64,000 nucleotides of DNA from Octopus sinensis (lineage: Eukaryota): NCBI RefSeq assembly GCF_006345805.1, contig NC_043006.1:16554001-16618000 (forward strand). Reading direction: 5' to 3'. Under the pieces are notes generated by a model. The model saw only the letters and a list, made by a program, of their open reading frames with translations, had not been told where the DNA came from and did no database searches. Made by a program: the position numbers and the translations under genes. Shown in pieces: positions 1-11,586 of the stretch (position 1 is its first letter; every line of letters begins with the position of its first letter).

Positions 1-281
1 TAATGCCTTGTGAGTGGATTTGGTAGACGGAAACTGAAAGAAGCCTGTCGTATATATATATATATATATATAATGTGTTTGTGTGTCTGTGTTTGTCCCC
101 CTAGCATTGCTTGACAGCCGATGCTGGTGTGTTTACGTCCCCGTCACTTAGCGATTCGGCAAAAGAGACAGATAGAATAAGTACTAGGCTTACAAAGAAC
201 AAGTCCCGGGGTCAATTTGCTCGACTAAAGGTGGTGCTCCAGCATGGCCGCAGTCAAATGACTGAAACAAGTAAAAGAGTA
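1..281 (+). mobile_element. Family A SINE (5' end cut by window edge)
   Basis: Colinear with the full copy at 53951-54353. Confidence 0.9.
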
Positions 282-941
282 AGGCACTTGTCTATTTCAA
301 TAAAAAAAAAACCTTCATCTTTTTTTTTCTCTCTCCCTCTTGTCCAGACAGATGTTGATAAGCGAGTGGGTAAGGAAGGGCGATAACTGATAAGCCGATG
401 ACATGAAAGTAGTTCCTGTTGACCTTTCTTGACACTGACTGATAGCAAAAATTATTTTTCACTGCTTTTTCAGAAAAAAATTTAGTAATAATTTTTTTTA
501 TAATTCCTTTCACAAAGCACCAAATTAATAGTTTCTGTTTCGATGAAGTTTTACTAATTTGTTTTTGATTTTTAACAGATTTTAAAATATTTTTTTGCTT
601 ACCGATTGACAGAATGAGGGTGAGTGTTGATTTCGGAGATTTTTTTCATAAAAATGTGAAAAACAAAATAGGGAGTGGGGTTCTTGGCACAGTATCTTCT
701 ACAACGATACAGGCAATATATTTTTAGTTCTCTCAGCTAGAGTGTACTTGACTTTCAAGGGGGTCGTACAAACCTAGCAACGTGTTTCATAGTGATAACA
801 AAATTTCCATTCAAATGGCAAATTACTGGATGATTTCTGTTCAAGTCTGACCGTTTTAAGTCATAGTGGAAACACGACCTATGTTGCAAATAGGCATACG
901 AGTATTTTATGATATTTTGTACATACATAGGGGGACAAGTG

Positions 942-1013
942 GCCGTGATCGTCTAGAGGTTAGGACCCCACGTTGTGGCCATGGTAACCCAGGTTCGAAT
1001 CCTGGTCACGGCA
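942..1013 (+). tRNA. tRNA-His-GTG: tRNA-His(GTG) gene or recent tRNA-derived retrocopy
   Basis: Acceptor stem GCCGTGA/TCACGGC+A; T-arm CCAGG TTCGAAT CCTGG; anticodon loop TTGTGGC; one C.A mismatch in the anticodon stem; G at -1 (941). Confidence 0.85.
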
Positions 1014-1023
1014 GTCCATTACC

Positions 1024-1027
1024 TTTT
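1024..1027 (+). terminator. Minimal Pol III terminator (T4) about 10 nt after the tRNA
   Basis: accTTTTaat. Confidence 0.45.
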
Positions 1028-1030
1028 AAT

Positions 1031-1093
1031 GGTGGTGCCCCAGCATGGCCACAGCTCGTGAGCTGAAGCTAGAAGAAATGAAAAAAAAAAAAA
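1031..1093 (+). mobile_element. SINE/LINE-type 3' tail directly downstream of tRNA-His
   Basis: GGTGGTGCCCCAGCATGGCCACAG...CTGAA plus A-tract; similar to the family A SINE tail at 231-281 and 54295-54353. Confidence 0.7.
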
Positions 1094-1216
1094 TGAGTAT
1101 ATCAGCCTGTGGGTGAAACAAAATAGGCTCACGGGCACAATTGCGCTCACAGGTGGGGGTTAACCAACCCCTGTTCTAAATTAATTGAAATAAAGGCAGT
1201 GTATTCCAACCGATGT

Positions 1217-2032
1217 GAAGGTGCATGGCTCAGTGGTTATAGTGTCAGGCTCAAAAAGAGGTAGCGAGTTCGATTCCCAGACCTGACTGTGTGTTGTGTT
1301 CTTAAGCAAAACGGTTTATTTCACATTGCTCCAGTTTACTCAGCTGCAGAAATGAGTTGCAATGTCACTGGTGCTGAGCCGTATAACTCTTTGCTTCTCT
1401 CTTGGATAACATCAGTGGCATGGAGAGGAGAGGAGGCTGGTATGCATCATCATCATCATTGTTCGACCGTGGTCGAGACAATGGAATTTACTATGTTACG
1501 CCAGACTTCACGGTCCATCATAGCATTACGGAGGTCCTGTTGCTGGATGCCTGTGTCCCTGGAGATTACATCAGGGTAGGAGAGTGTGCGCCCTCTGGTA
1601 TTGCGGGTGGATGGCTTCCAGAGGAGAAGAGTTGAAATGACTTCTTTTTCAGCTCTACAACAATGTCCAGCAAACTGGACTCTCTTACCTTTCACAAGAG
1701 ATGACACAGGTGGTAGTTTCCCATATATTTGCATTTTGGTTGGATGGCGCTTCCACAAGAGATTTTGAGCTCTCATAAGGAGGCGAGTGTAGGTTCCATC
1801 CAACCGCCTCTCAAGCTTCTTTGATAATGTCCAGGTTTCTGAGCCATATAGTAGAATTGGTTCGACTGTGGCTTTGAATATTTCAAGTTTGAAGTCTCTA
1901 CTTAGATTTGATGACCAGATCTTATGCATGGACAACTGGTCTTGCAAAAACAAACCTTGCCTGGACTTGTGCCTCGGAGGGTAACTTTCTAGGTGCAATC
2001 ACATGGTCATTCATGACCGAAGCGAGTCCTTT
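1217..2032 (+). mobile_element. tRNA-derived SINE split in two (about 1217-1447 and 1923-2032) by an RTE LINE insertion
   Basis: Box A TGGCTCAGTGG, box B GAGTTCGATTCC; body resumes after a duplicated TATGCAT. Confidence 0.8.
1448..1922 (-). mobile_element. 5'-truncated RTE-clade LINE (RT C-terminal region) with (GAT)n tail
   Basis: KLEIFKATVEPILLYGSETWTL...GHCCR...DREVWR motifs; stop runs into the GAT repeats; TATGCAT duplicated at 1441-1447 and 1923-1929. Confidence 0.9.
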
Positions 2033-3141
2033 ATTTCAACAGAAATGGTACCAAAAGGGTTAAAAATTCAATGATTGCACTTGGGAAGCAAAACTAAAAC
2101 AAAACTCATTGGCCTGGCAAAAGATGTGCCAATTCCTGTCATACATAGAAAACACAAACACAATAAAAGAAAACACAACAAATAGTTTAAATTTCTCCTT
2201 GACCGCTACACTTTAATACTATTTACAGTAGAATACTTTCCAGTGAATATGATACACCTTTATGTACACAGCATGAAAATAAAATAATGGAATAGTAGAC
2301 ACAAAAGAGCATCAGGTATGTTTGTCCAAGATGGCAGCCAAATAGTGGGTTGGTTAGAATTTTTTTCCATTTTGTTTAATTTTTTTTTGTTGTTTTTTTT
2401 TTTCCAGAAATATACAAGTTAAACCAATGAAAATATTAGATTGTATTTTTTGTTTCTGGCTATCAGTTATGGACTCTGCTCCTCAAACAGCAAAAAAGTA
2501 AGGGGAAGAGAGAGAAAAAAAAAAAGAGAAAAAAAATGTTAAGGTCATTTCTTGACCACTGCTTGAAAGTGAGCCCACGTTGAAGACAATAAATTTCAAA
2601 CAGCTTTACATTGTTTTAGTTATCAGAAAAGTAACAATTTTACCTTTGCTACTTTAATGCTCATGGGATCCTTTGTATGTTGTTCCTTGAAGCTGATTTT
2701 ATTTAGAAGCGAAAAATAGACTTCTTTCCACTTCGAATTAAAAAGAAAAACAAAAATCACATACAAACATGTATGTATATTTCTTTAAAAAAAAATCTCT
2801 TAAATAACTAAAACCAACTTAAAAGGGGTTCCTATTCAAACACTGGCTTGACCCCTGCCACCAACAGCCGGTATTTGACTGATGAAAAGACGAATCCAAG
2901 TGTTTTTGGGGTAAAAATGCTTCTTTTTTTTTTCCTGGGTAGGGCGGGTTCATTTTTTGCGGCTTTGAAGGAAAGATAAGAAGATAGTGTGTTAGTTTCT
3001 GTTTCAGAGGAGAAACAAGTGGAAACATTTCATAGTATTTAACCTGCTAGAAATTTAAAAAATCATAACCCAAATTGAAAGGAGATGTAGAGGCTATTTG
3101 GTGTTTGGAAAAGATAAGACTTGAGATCTTTTGTGTCAGGT
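2030..3141 (-). other. Probable 3' UTR of the kinase gene; candidate AATAAA at 2698-2703 and 2030-2035
   Basis: U-rich sequence without interspersed repeats after the stop codon; TTTATT on + strand; true cleavage site cannot be determined. Confidence 0.35.
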
Positions 3142-3151
3142 TCAATATGGC
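3142..3151 (-). CDS. STK24/STK26-like: GCKIII terminal coding segment (R-P-Y-stop)
   Basis: ttttttctgttgcag|G CCA TAT TGA; completes the phase-2 codon CG+G. Confidence 0.7.
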
Positions 3152-3284
3152 CTGCAACAGAAAAAAGAATCAAAATCAATAATGTACTCATGTTATTTAA
3201 GCATTCAAGCTAAGTTAATTTACCTTTTCTCATTTAAATAGAATGAACAAAAACAATCAGAAAAGCAGAACATAGTACACAGTA

Positions 3285-3570
3285 TCTATATATATAAAAC
3301 TGTAGTTGTGTGAGTGTCTGTCCCCTTCGATTTAGTTTCCTAACTACTCCCACATTTTGCGATGCAGTTTAACCAAATTCGGGTATCTTATAGTCGTGAT
3401 TCATATCGAGCCCGTCTGAGTATTAGCGCGCGTCAACGATGAGTCTACGATTTTAAAAATAATTTAATGCATAATTTTTCGTGTGTCGATGGCGTCCACG
3501 GTCACACCTGCACCTGTTTGCTTCTTCCCTCCCTCGTGAAGCTGTGGGGAAGGGAGTGTAATGAAATAAA
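3285..3570 (+). mobile_element. Helitron-like non-autonomous element, 5' portion
   Basis: A|TCTATATATATAAAAC start like the 33212 element; CpG-rich body; no 3' CTAG/hairpin seen. Confidence 0.45.
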
Positions 3571-4006
3571 TGATAAAAGGTTTAAACAAATATGCCTTTT
3601 CACTGTCTTATGCCTTTGATTTTAATTGTTTTGTACATAGCTTAGCCAAGTTTTATGATTTAAACTTTTTTCAAAGAAAGCTACATGAAATGCTTGTATT
3701 TATATAACTTTTTTTTTTCCTTACAGCACAAAAATTGCAATTAAGGAGATAAATTCAGTTAGCCATGTCAATGAGGACCACTTTTCATTGTATAAATTTA
3801 GGATTATGACATTTCTTGTTTCTTTTCTTTACTGTACAATTATATTTTCACAAAATGAATTGGTGTCTCTTCTGAAATTGAAACAGGTATATGGTAATGT
3901 GGAGGGCTCAAACTAGTAGCCTAAGAACAGTATTTGTCTCAAATATACCGACTTTGTGAAAAACATCCATTGTAGAGTATCTTTGCAATGACTTCATATT
4001 CAGTCA

Positions 4007-4265
4007 ATCATCATGATCGTTTAACGTCCGTTTTCCATACTAGCATGGGTTGGACGGTTCGACCAGGGTCTGGGAAGCCAGGAGGCTGCACCAGGCTCCA
4101 GTCTGATCTGGCATTGTTTCTACAGCTGGATGCCCTTCCTAACACCAACCATTCCATAAGTGTAGTGGGTGCTTTGTTACGTGCCACCGGCACAGAAGCC
4201 AGTTGAGGTGGTGCTGGCATCAGCCACGTTCGGATGGTACTTTTTATGTGCCACCGGCACAGGTA
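4007..4265 (-). mobile_element. Family B SINE-like element ((GAT)n tail)
   Basis: catcat..tttaacgtccgttttccat..agcatgggttggacgg..gctggatgcccttcctaa signature shared by more than 10 copies in the window. Confidence 0.85.
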
Positions 4266-4688
4266 TCACAACTACAATTTTCATTTTATATTTATTTTGA
4301 TGTACTTGACTCAATAGGTCTCCTCAAGCACAGCAGGTCGTTCTGCAATCCAAGGTACTTTTGGATGGGATGGGGCTATGCGAAACTGGTGCAGGAAATT
4401 AGTAAATTTAAAATGCAAATCATAATGTTGGATTATATCTTAGTAGATTTTCTCCTGATAACTTAGTGATAGAAAATTTATGTAGGATTCTGTTTTAACA
4501 TTAGACCATTCCAAGTGATTTATTCAGAAATATACTGTAATGAATGCACAAAATTTCTCCTTAGTTGAGGTGCAGTATCAGTTTTACTATAATGGGAACA
4601 AAGTAGGAATAAAATAACTCTGAATATAACAGGTTTTGAACATTCATTTTCCAGAGAGAAAATAATATAAAAAGATGAATCAACGTAC

Positions 4689-4882
4689 CGTTTAAATTTC
4701 TCTACCCCTTGACGAACTTCAGCTTCTCGTAACATCTGTTCCCCTATGTTTCTTACAACGTCTGTTAAAAATCTGTCAGTGATGCCGGGACAGGATTTCT
4801 CCACCAAGTCAAAAGCATTCCTTAACTCATCAATGGCTTCAATGTTCTGAGGCGGTCTCACTACTCTGTAATGCTCTCTTAA
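4689..4882 (-). CDS. STK24/STK26-like: GCKIII exon (194 nt; PDCD10/CCM3-binding domain)
   Basis: tatttcag|TTA...CG|gtacgt; AIDELRNAFDLVEKSCPGITDRFL matches the GCKIII IEELxxAxxLAExxCPGIxD motif; phase 0/2. Confidence 0.93.
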
Positions 4883-5386
4883 CTGAAATATACAGACAGG
4901 AGATCAAGACTTAGTTTAACAAACACTATGACAAGCTTTTAACCTTTCCAAGTCCTCAAATACTAGTAACAACTATTATCTGACCTTTAAGACTGGAGAA
5001 GGTTAATCTAAAGAATATTAAAGAAAAGATCAGACAGCACCAATTATATTACAGAAATTCAATATTTTAGTTAAACTATAACCTCACAGTGACATGAGAA
5101 ATATTTGTCCACAGACAATCCAAATTTAACCAACACAAACTAATTGGCTTCATATTCAAGGGCAATAAACTGTTTGTATTTTTAGCTTCCAATTATTCAC
5201 TATAAAACTTGTCCAATTATGAAGTATAGAAAGGTACCACAGAATAACCAAGAGTGTTACATGGGCAAGTGACATAACTTTGAAAATATACTTTTATCAT
5301 AATGGGTAATATTGGGAAATACAGCATACATACGATAAGGTTCATTTAATAGTGTTTATACAAAATGATGATATCTTTATATTTTA

Positions 5387-5758
5387 TCTTTTACTTGTTT
5401 CAGTCATTAGAATGTGGCCATGCTGTGGCACCACCTTGAAGGGATTTTAATCAAATGAATTGACCATTACTTTTTGGTTTTCTAAGCCTGGTACTCATTC
5501 TATTGACCTCTTTTGCCAACCACTAAGTTACAGGGACAGAAACACACCAACACTGGTTCTAAAGCAGTGGTGGGGGACAAACAGAGACACAATGACACAC
5601 GATGGGGGTTTTTTCAGTTTCTGTTCACCAAATCCACTCACAGGGCTTTGGTTGGCCTGAGGCTGTAGCAGAAGACACTTGCCCAAAGTGCCATGCAGTG
5701 GGACTGAACCCCAAACCATGTGACTGAGAAGCAAGCTTCTTACCACACAGCCATGCCT
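5387..5758 (-). mobile_element. Family A SINE (diverged)
   Basis: Reverse-complement match to 53951-54353. Confidence 0.85.
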
Positions 5759-6011
5759 ATATGAATACTAATTTTCAAAAGATTCGTTACCTTAAAATAA
5801 ATTTAAATAAAAAATTTCTCATTTGTACAACTCCTGTAACTACTGTCATTTACTTCTTCTTCTTCTTCTCTATCACTGTGTGTGTTACTGTAATATTCTT
5901 CTACTCCTTGCATGCCACCTAACCTCATATATGCCATCATCCTACACTTCGTATGTTAACTTTCTCACCAACAGTTGTATCAGCTATCATTATTATTATA
6001 ATACAGAAATA

Positions 6012-6233
6012 AGGCGGTGAGCTGGCAGAATCGTTAGCACGTTGGGCAAAATGCTTAGCGGCATTTCGTACGTCTTTATGTTCTGAGTTCAAATTCTGCC
6101 AAGGTCAACTTTGCCTTTCATCCTTTCACAGTTGGTAAATTACATTACCAGTCAAGTACTGGGGGCCAGTGTTATTGACTATCCCCCTCCCCACAAATTC
6201 CAAGCCTTGTGCCGATAGTAGAAAGGATTATTC
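6012..6233 (+). mobile_element. Family D tRNA-derived SINE
   Basis: GGCGGTGAGCTGGCAGAATCG head, GAGTTCAAATTC box B, TTTGCCTTTCATCCTTTC core. Confidence 0.85.
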
Positions 6234-6408
6234 TACAGAAATTAAAAAAGTTATCTTAACTAAGTTTCTCTGCTATAACCAATACCAGGTTGAATTTTTT
6301 TTTCTTTTTGGTTTCATTATAACATCTTTGTTTAAATGCCTAACTCACTTTCTTGTTTGCTGGTGTAATTTACTTCCCTGAAATATTTTGTGAAAGAATA
6401 TATCTTAC

Positions 6409-6525
6409 CTCATTAAGAATAGGGAACACGATAATGGAAAGACATGTAGAAGCTTGGTTGGAGGGTAGAGGTACTATATCAGATTCTGTTCCAGAGGATG
6501 GCTGGTTTCTTGCAATTCGTGGTGG
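6409..6525 (-). CDS. STK24/STK26-like: GCKIII exon (117 nt; start of C-terminal dimerisation/CCM3-binding domain)
   Basis: tttacag|CCA...GAG|gtaaga; ...ASTCLSIIVFPILNE matches MST3 SQCLSTIISPLFAE. Confidence 0.9.
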
Positions 6526-7349
6526 CTGTAAATAAAAAAAAAATGGTTCTGGTGTGATAAAAAAGCCAAATGTAAAAACAAAAAAAAGCAACAACTTCGG
6601 TTGTTGCTTAATCTCAAAGACATAGTAAAGATAATATCAATCATATTCTTGGGAAGAAAAACGAAAGGAAAGAAAAAGAATCATTTCTTAGAAAAACAAA
6701 AATATCATTTTTATACAATACATCGTCTGCAAAAGACTACATGAACAGCAAAGGACAATTAAGTTCTATCATCAGTGCATGGCTTAAAAAAAAGAGCATA
6801 TCATTTTAAATAGCTTAAAAGAAAGAAAATGTTAGAGAATCATGTAAAATAGGGTAAAATTAGACGAGCATACTGCAAGAGAAATGGGTTGATGAGTAAA
6901 TCTAAATTTAATACAAAGCAATAAGTACTGTATTAATTAATACACACAATAGTTAAGATTGACTTCAATTACAATTTATCCATTCCAGCCCCTCCTTGTT
7001 CCTGATATGTTTTCCAATCTGGTCTTTAAGTAATGCTAAGAAATGTCTGAAGTCAGTAAACCAAATTATGATTGTTAAATTAAATGTTTGGTTTTTGCAA
7101 TTCTACAAAGCAGTACATTTATAATGCACAGACAGTTAGTTTCCTAGGTTAAACAGGCAAACGTATGTTATTGCCCTTGTAATGTTAAATTTGGAGGGAA
7201 TCAATAAATAATTATTTGCATTCTGTTAATTGCACTAATTAAACTAGTTCCCAATAGTAATTCTGGAGAGAGAAAAAAAGTGTTATGTATGGGTGGAGGT
7301 TAAATTATTTCATCTTTTTTATGCAAACCCATGTGATAATGTCCCTGCT

Positions 7350-7810
7350 TTTATGATATAAATTTCTTGTTTTAAATTAAAACCTTACATCAAAATTTCA
7401 TTTTAATTTCAGTCTCATACACCAGCTTAATAAAAACAAAGTTATTTTACTACATTCTTCGTTATTTTAATAATTTAATTGAAATTAAGGCAGTATATTT
7501 TAGAAGAAATATGGTAACAAAAGAGCTTGCGTATCTCATTCAGAAATTACATCTGTGAAGGCCCAGTGGTTTGAAATTTTTCTTACTACTTTAACTGCCC
7601 AAGAGCACACTTGGTTCTAGGATACAAACTTTTTGTTTTAAGTGATCTAAATGAAAATCTTCCATCGAAATTGCATGTTAGTCTAAGTCTCAAACACCAA
7701 CTCAATAATAACATAATTATTTCACTAAATTCTTCATTATTTTAAAATTTAATTGAAATAATAACAAAAGGCAGCATATTTTAACAAAAATATGGTAATG
7801 TCAAGGTGAA
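7350..7810. mobile_element. Two decayed piggyBac-type MITE copies
   Basis: Similar to 35757-35972 (taaaaccttccatc, gaaa..aaggcagtatattt, atatggtaacaaaag). Confidence 0.5.
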
Positions 7811-7903
7811 TCTTCTGCCCATTTTTGGAACAAGAATAACATTCAGCAACATTTCTTTCTTTTTTTATATATATATAAAAAGTGGGCAGCGGGAGGGGTT
7901 TAA

Positions 7904-8117
7904 CCCTTTAGTGTTCATATTATTCTGCCAAAATTAATGCTTTTTCATCCACGTTGTTTTGAACTAATCATGCATTATCTTGTAGCTATGAGATTCTGAT
8001 GAGGTAGCTGTTAATTTTTAAAACGATATTGTAGGATTGGTGTGAGAGACCAGATCTGGCCAGTTTGAACATAAAACAGGCAGAATACTTTTGGCCGGAT
8101 ATGGCCGGTTTAAATAT
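7904..8117. mobile_element. piggyBac-type MITE, one TIR lost, inverted relative to the 31504 copy
   Basis: TTAA|CCCTTTAGTG start; ggccggatatggccggtttaaa is the reverse complement of the 31504 copy. Confidence 0.7.
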
Positions 8118-9225
8118 AACAAAACTTCAGTTTAACAAGATATTTAATTCCTATTAATTGTAAATTGAATTTGACAACCTAGCCCTGAAATTTTAGGTGC
8201 TCAACAAGTGTCCTTACAAGTCATAAGTTTAAACCTTATTTGATAAAATATAAGCAACATTTGAGGGGAACATGAATAATCTTAGAAATAAATCGGTGCT
8301 AAGACATTCAGTAACCAAGTTCAGGCAAATTTATTACTGCATAAAAGGGTGGGGTTGGGGGGTAGGGGTAATGATATAACATTTCTTTAAAAAATTTGTT
8401 GTATTTTTTAGAATAAACACTTTCATTTCAATTCCATTAATAAAGTAAACATCTCAAATGTTTATTCATGCATGTTAAAATTTTCTCTCGGATGCTCATG
8501 CCCTTTAATGTTTTCACAACCTAAAAAGGAAACCCATTCTATGAGCAAATTGTTTGTTTGCTTAGCAGGACTTTATGGGAAAGTCAGCTGTCTGTTATCA
8601 GATGATTTCGGTGCAGAGCAAATATTAAGTGGTTTGTCCTAATGGCCACTGGCATCATAAACAAAATATCAACAAATTGATCTTGGATGGGGGGCGGGGG
8701 GAAGCCCAAAATTCTCATATCATATATGAATTAATTTAAAATAAACTTTAGCTAAAAATTCTGAAGAAAAAAAGATATTCTTAGTAATAAGTTCCTAAAA
8801 GTTAAATTTTCAGTATTTATCTGTAACTGGTAAGGAAAAAAACATTATCAAGAATTATTTAGAAGGAAAAAAAAAAAAGACAAATCATTACTCTGGGGGG
8901 AAATACATCTGGACATACCTCTATTTACTCTAAAGAATTAATCCCAAACATTTACTAATAGTGTTCATTCATCTCTTTTTCTCTTTCTTTTTTTTTTTGT
9001 TTGGAAAAATATAAAATATATTCTTTTGTTTTTCCAGTTTCATGTTCACTCTATCCATGCTAACATAGTTTAGACAACCAGATGCTCTTCCTGTCACTAA
9101 CCTATACCTAGTTTTAAGGTAAAGGTCTTCTTATTTCAGAACTTTTTCGCAGGTGCAAAGCCTGCAAACAATGTTGGCATGAAAAATGACAACAAAACCA
9201 CTCATATTTTGCAATATTCAAAGCA

Positions 9226-9330
9226 CAGGACCGTCGAGAGTGGGCCGCTATGGTTCATGATGCCCTCAGGACCAGAGAAGAAGCCGGCTCAACCCGCCCT
9301 GGGTGAACGCCGTCACAAGTACAAATAAGT
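9226..9330 (+). mobile_element. Short 3' stub of a second RTE-type LINE with 12-bp TSD
   Basis: Translates (A)QDRREWAAMVHDALRTREEAGSTRPG*; CAAGTA-type tail; ATATTC(A/G)AAGCA at 9214-9225 and 9331-9342. Confidence 0.75.
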
Positions 9331-9781
9331 ATATTCGAAGCAGCACAAATGAACACACATGTACATACATAACCACACACACACACATGTGTGTATGTGT
9401 AGAGAGATAGAAAAAGAAAGAGATCCTCATCACCAGAGATATATGACAGGTTCCATTCAGTTTCTAGTTACAAAACTATGATAGAGGACACTTGCCTAAA
9501 GCATCAGTCAAAACGTCCAACCCATGACAGCATAGAAAGCAGATGTTGAACGATGATGACGATGACTATCCTAACAACTGCAACATCAGAACAGGATACT
9601 ATTTCTGATTTGTGTAATGTTTTCATTTCCGTATATTCTTGAAATTGTTTATATGATTCATAAACTTCACAGAGGGACATAACAAAGTAAAACTTCTTTA
9701 AATCTGGCTGGATGTTTTTTTTCTGTTTTTCCCTCACTTTCTGTTTCAGTCATGAGTATCTGTATAAATTTTGAACAAATG

Positions 9782-9973
9782 CTCTTTTACTTGTTTCAGT
9801 CATTTGACTGCGGCTATGCTGGAGCACCGCCTTTAGTCGAGCAAATCGACCCCAGGACTTATTCTCTGTAAGCCTAGTACTGATTCTATCGGTCTCTTTG
9901 CCGAACCGCTAACTTATGGGGGCGTAAACACACCAGCATCGGTTGTCAAGCGATGTTGGGGGAACAAACACAG

Positions 9974-10008
<35 letters not shown>

Positions 10009-10166
10009 CGATGGGCTTCTTTCAGTTTCCGTCTACCAAATCCACTCACAAGGCTTTGGTCAGCCCGAGGCTATAGTAGAAGACACTTGTCGAAGGTGCC
10101 ACACAGTGGAACTGAACCCGGAACCATGTGGTTGGTAAGCAAGCTACTTACCACACAGCCACTCCT
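9782..10166 (-). mobile_element. Family A SINE, full length
   Basis: Reverse-complement match to 53951-54353, including the internal (TA)n/(TG)n. Confidence 0.92.
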
Positions 10167-11472
10167 GCAATACAGATAGCTGCAGTGACAAAATCTCTGC
10201 TTCACTCCCATTCAGCTAATTTTAAAATAAAAATGCTTATCATGAAATCTTAAACAAAACTGAGCAATATATTTAAAATTGTAAGAGAGGATATCATTAG
10301 TCTTAAGATCAGTAAATATAAAAACAATTTTTCTTTTTAAACACCTACAAAAATAAATTAATATTCTGAAAATATTGAACACAAAAATTAGTATATGTTA
10401 ATGTGGGGGTTAGTTAATATGGAATTATTGAAAGGTGTTTTAGTAGTGTGGAGTGTACATAATGCTGATTAGGTCACCCTATTTCAAAGAATTGAGCCAT
10501 AATTTACTTGCCAAATGTATTTTTTTTAAACACCTGTTGTTGTTGTAGTTAGGTTTCTACTCTTTTCTCTAATTATATATCATTACTTGTGACACACATT
10601 CAGGTGTCACAACACAATGTTGTCACTGAAATTCCAGGTAAGAATTAATTAGTGTTTCTATTTCTTGAAAGTCTACATATCACATAAGACTGAACTCGGA
10701 ATCCTCTAAAGATCTTATCCATTGTGTCACATTAAAAAAAAATGACGAGAATATGGTGCTTGAAATGCAGTGTTGGTACAAATGCAATTGTTAGGGGTTA
10801 ATAATAGCCTAATTAACTGCGACTATTCTAATGAAATGTTAATTTTCTTTTTTCTGTTTTTTGTATTAAAGTATGTGCAAATCGTTCAAACGTCTAAGTT
10901 AATTATAGTATATCAGAAAGCATTTAAACTGTAAGCAGAGCAGTTGTAAGTATATAGTAAACTTTTCTACGAAACATGGTTGAAGTGAAAATAATCCAGA
11001 CATCTAGCTGAGAGGTTGACAGCTTGTATCTTAACATCAACCAGTATACTGTGTCTGGCCAATAAACTTCAACTCAGCCTGTGGGTATAGCTAAGAGAGG
11101 GATGAACTCACCACAAGCACATTATTCCTAGCTAGGCAAAAAACCAAAATCTTCACCGGTGCATTTAAAACCCAATGGGCTATGGGGAAGCACCACAACT
11201 TTCTAAAGACTGTTACATTTGTAATGAAAATTCTATAAAGGTTAAAAAAAAAAAAAAAAACTGCTGATTTAGATTTTAAAATTCATCAGCAACACAAAAA
11301 TCTTAAAATACATCTAATGTTCAGCAAAGTTCAACAAATTTTAGTTAAGGTTAATAATTAGAAAAAGATCTATCAGTTAAGGTGTTCTCTTCTGCAAAAT
11401 ACTCATGCATAAGATTATCATTCCTTATAAAGTCTGCATCTAAAGGATAACAAAGGGTTGAAAATAACTTAC

Positions 11473-11586
11473 ATATACATGGTAGACAGCAGGGGTATTA
11501 GTTTTGTATGAAGGTTCAATTGGTTTATGGCCATCTGGGAGATCGTACAGGGATTTAGGTCGGTTATAGAATATATAAGATGGTGG
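11473..11586 (-). CDS. STK24/STK26-like: Putative GCKIII linker exon (114 nt, phase 0/0)
   Basis: cttcctcccttag|CCA...TAT|gtaagt; open frame PPSYIFYNRPKSLYDLPDGHKPIEPSYKTNTPAVYHVY. Confidence 0.75.

Noticed and set aside
1456-1998. 180-aa ORF as a host gene
   Set aside because: Truncated RTE reverse-transcriptase C-terminus plus antisense SINE sequence.
6973-7050. Purine-rich exon-like stretch on the minus strand (..PDWKTYQEQGGAGMDK)
   Set aside because: No acceptor/donor pair gives an open phase 0/0 exon; the obvious acceptors hit stop codons.
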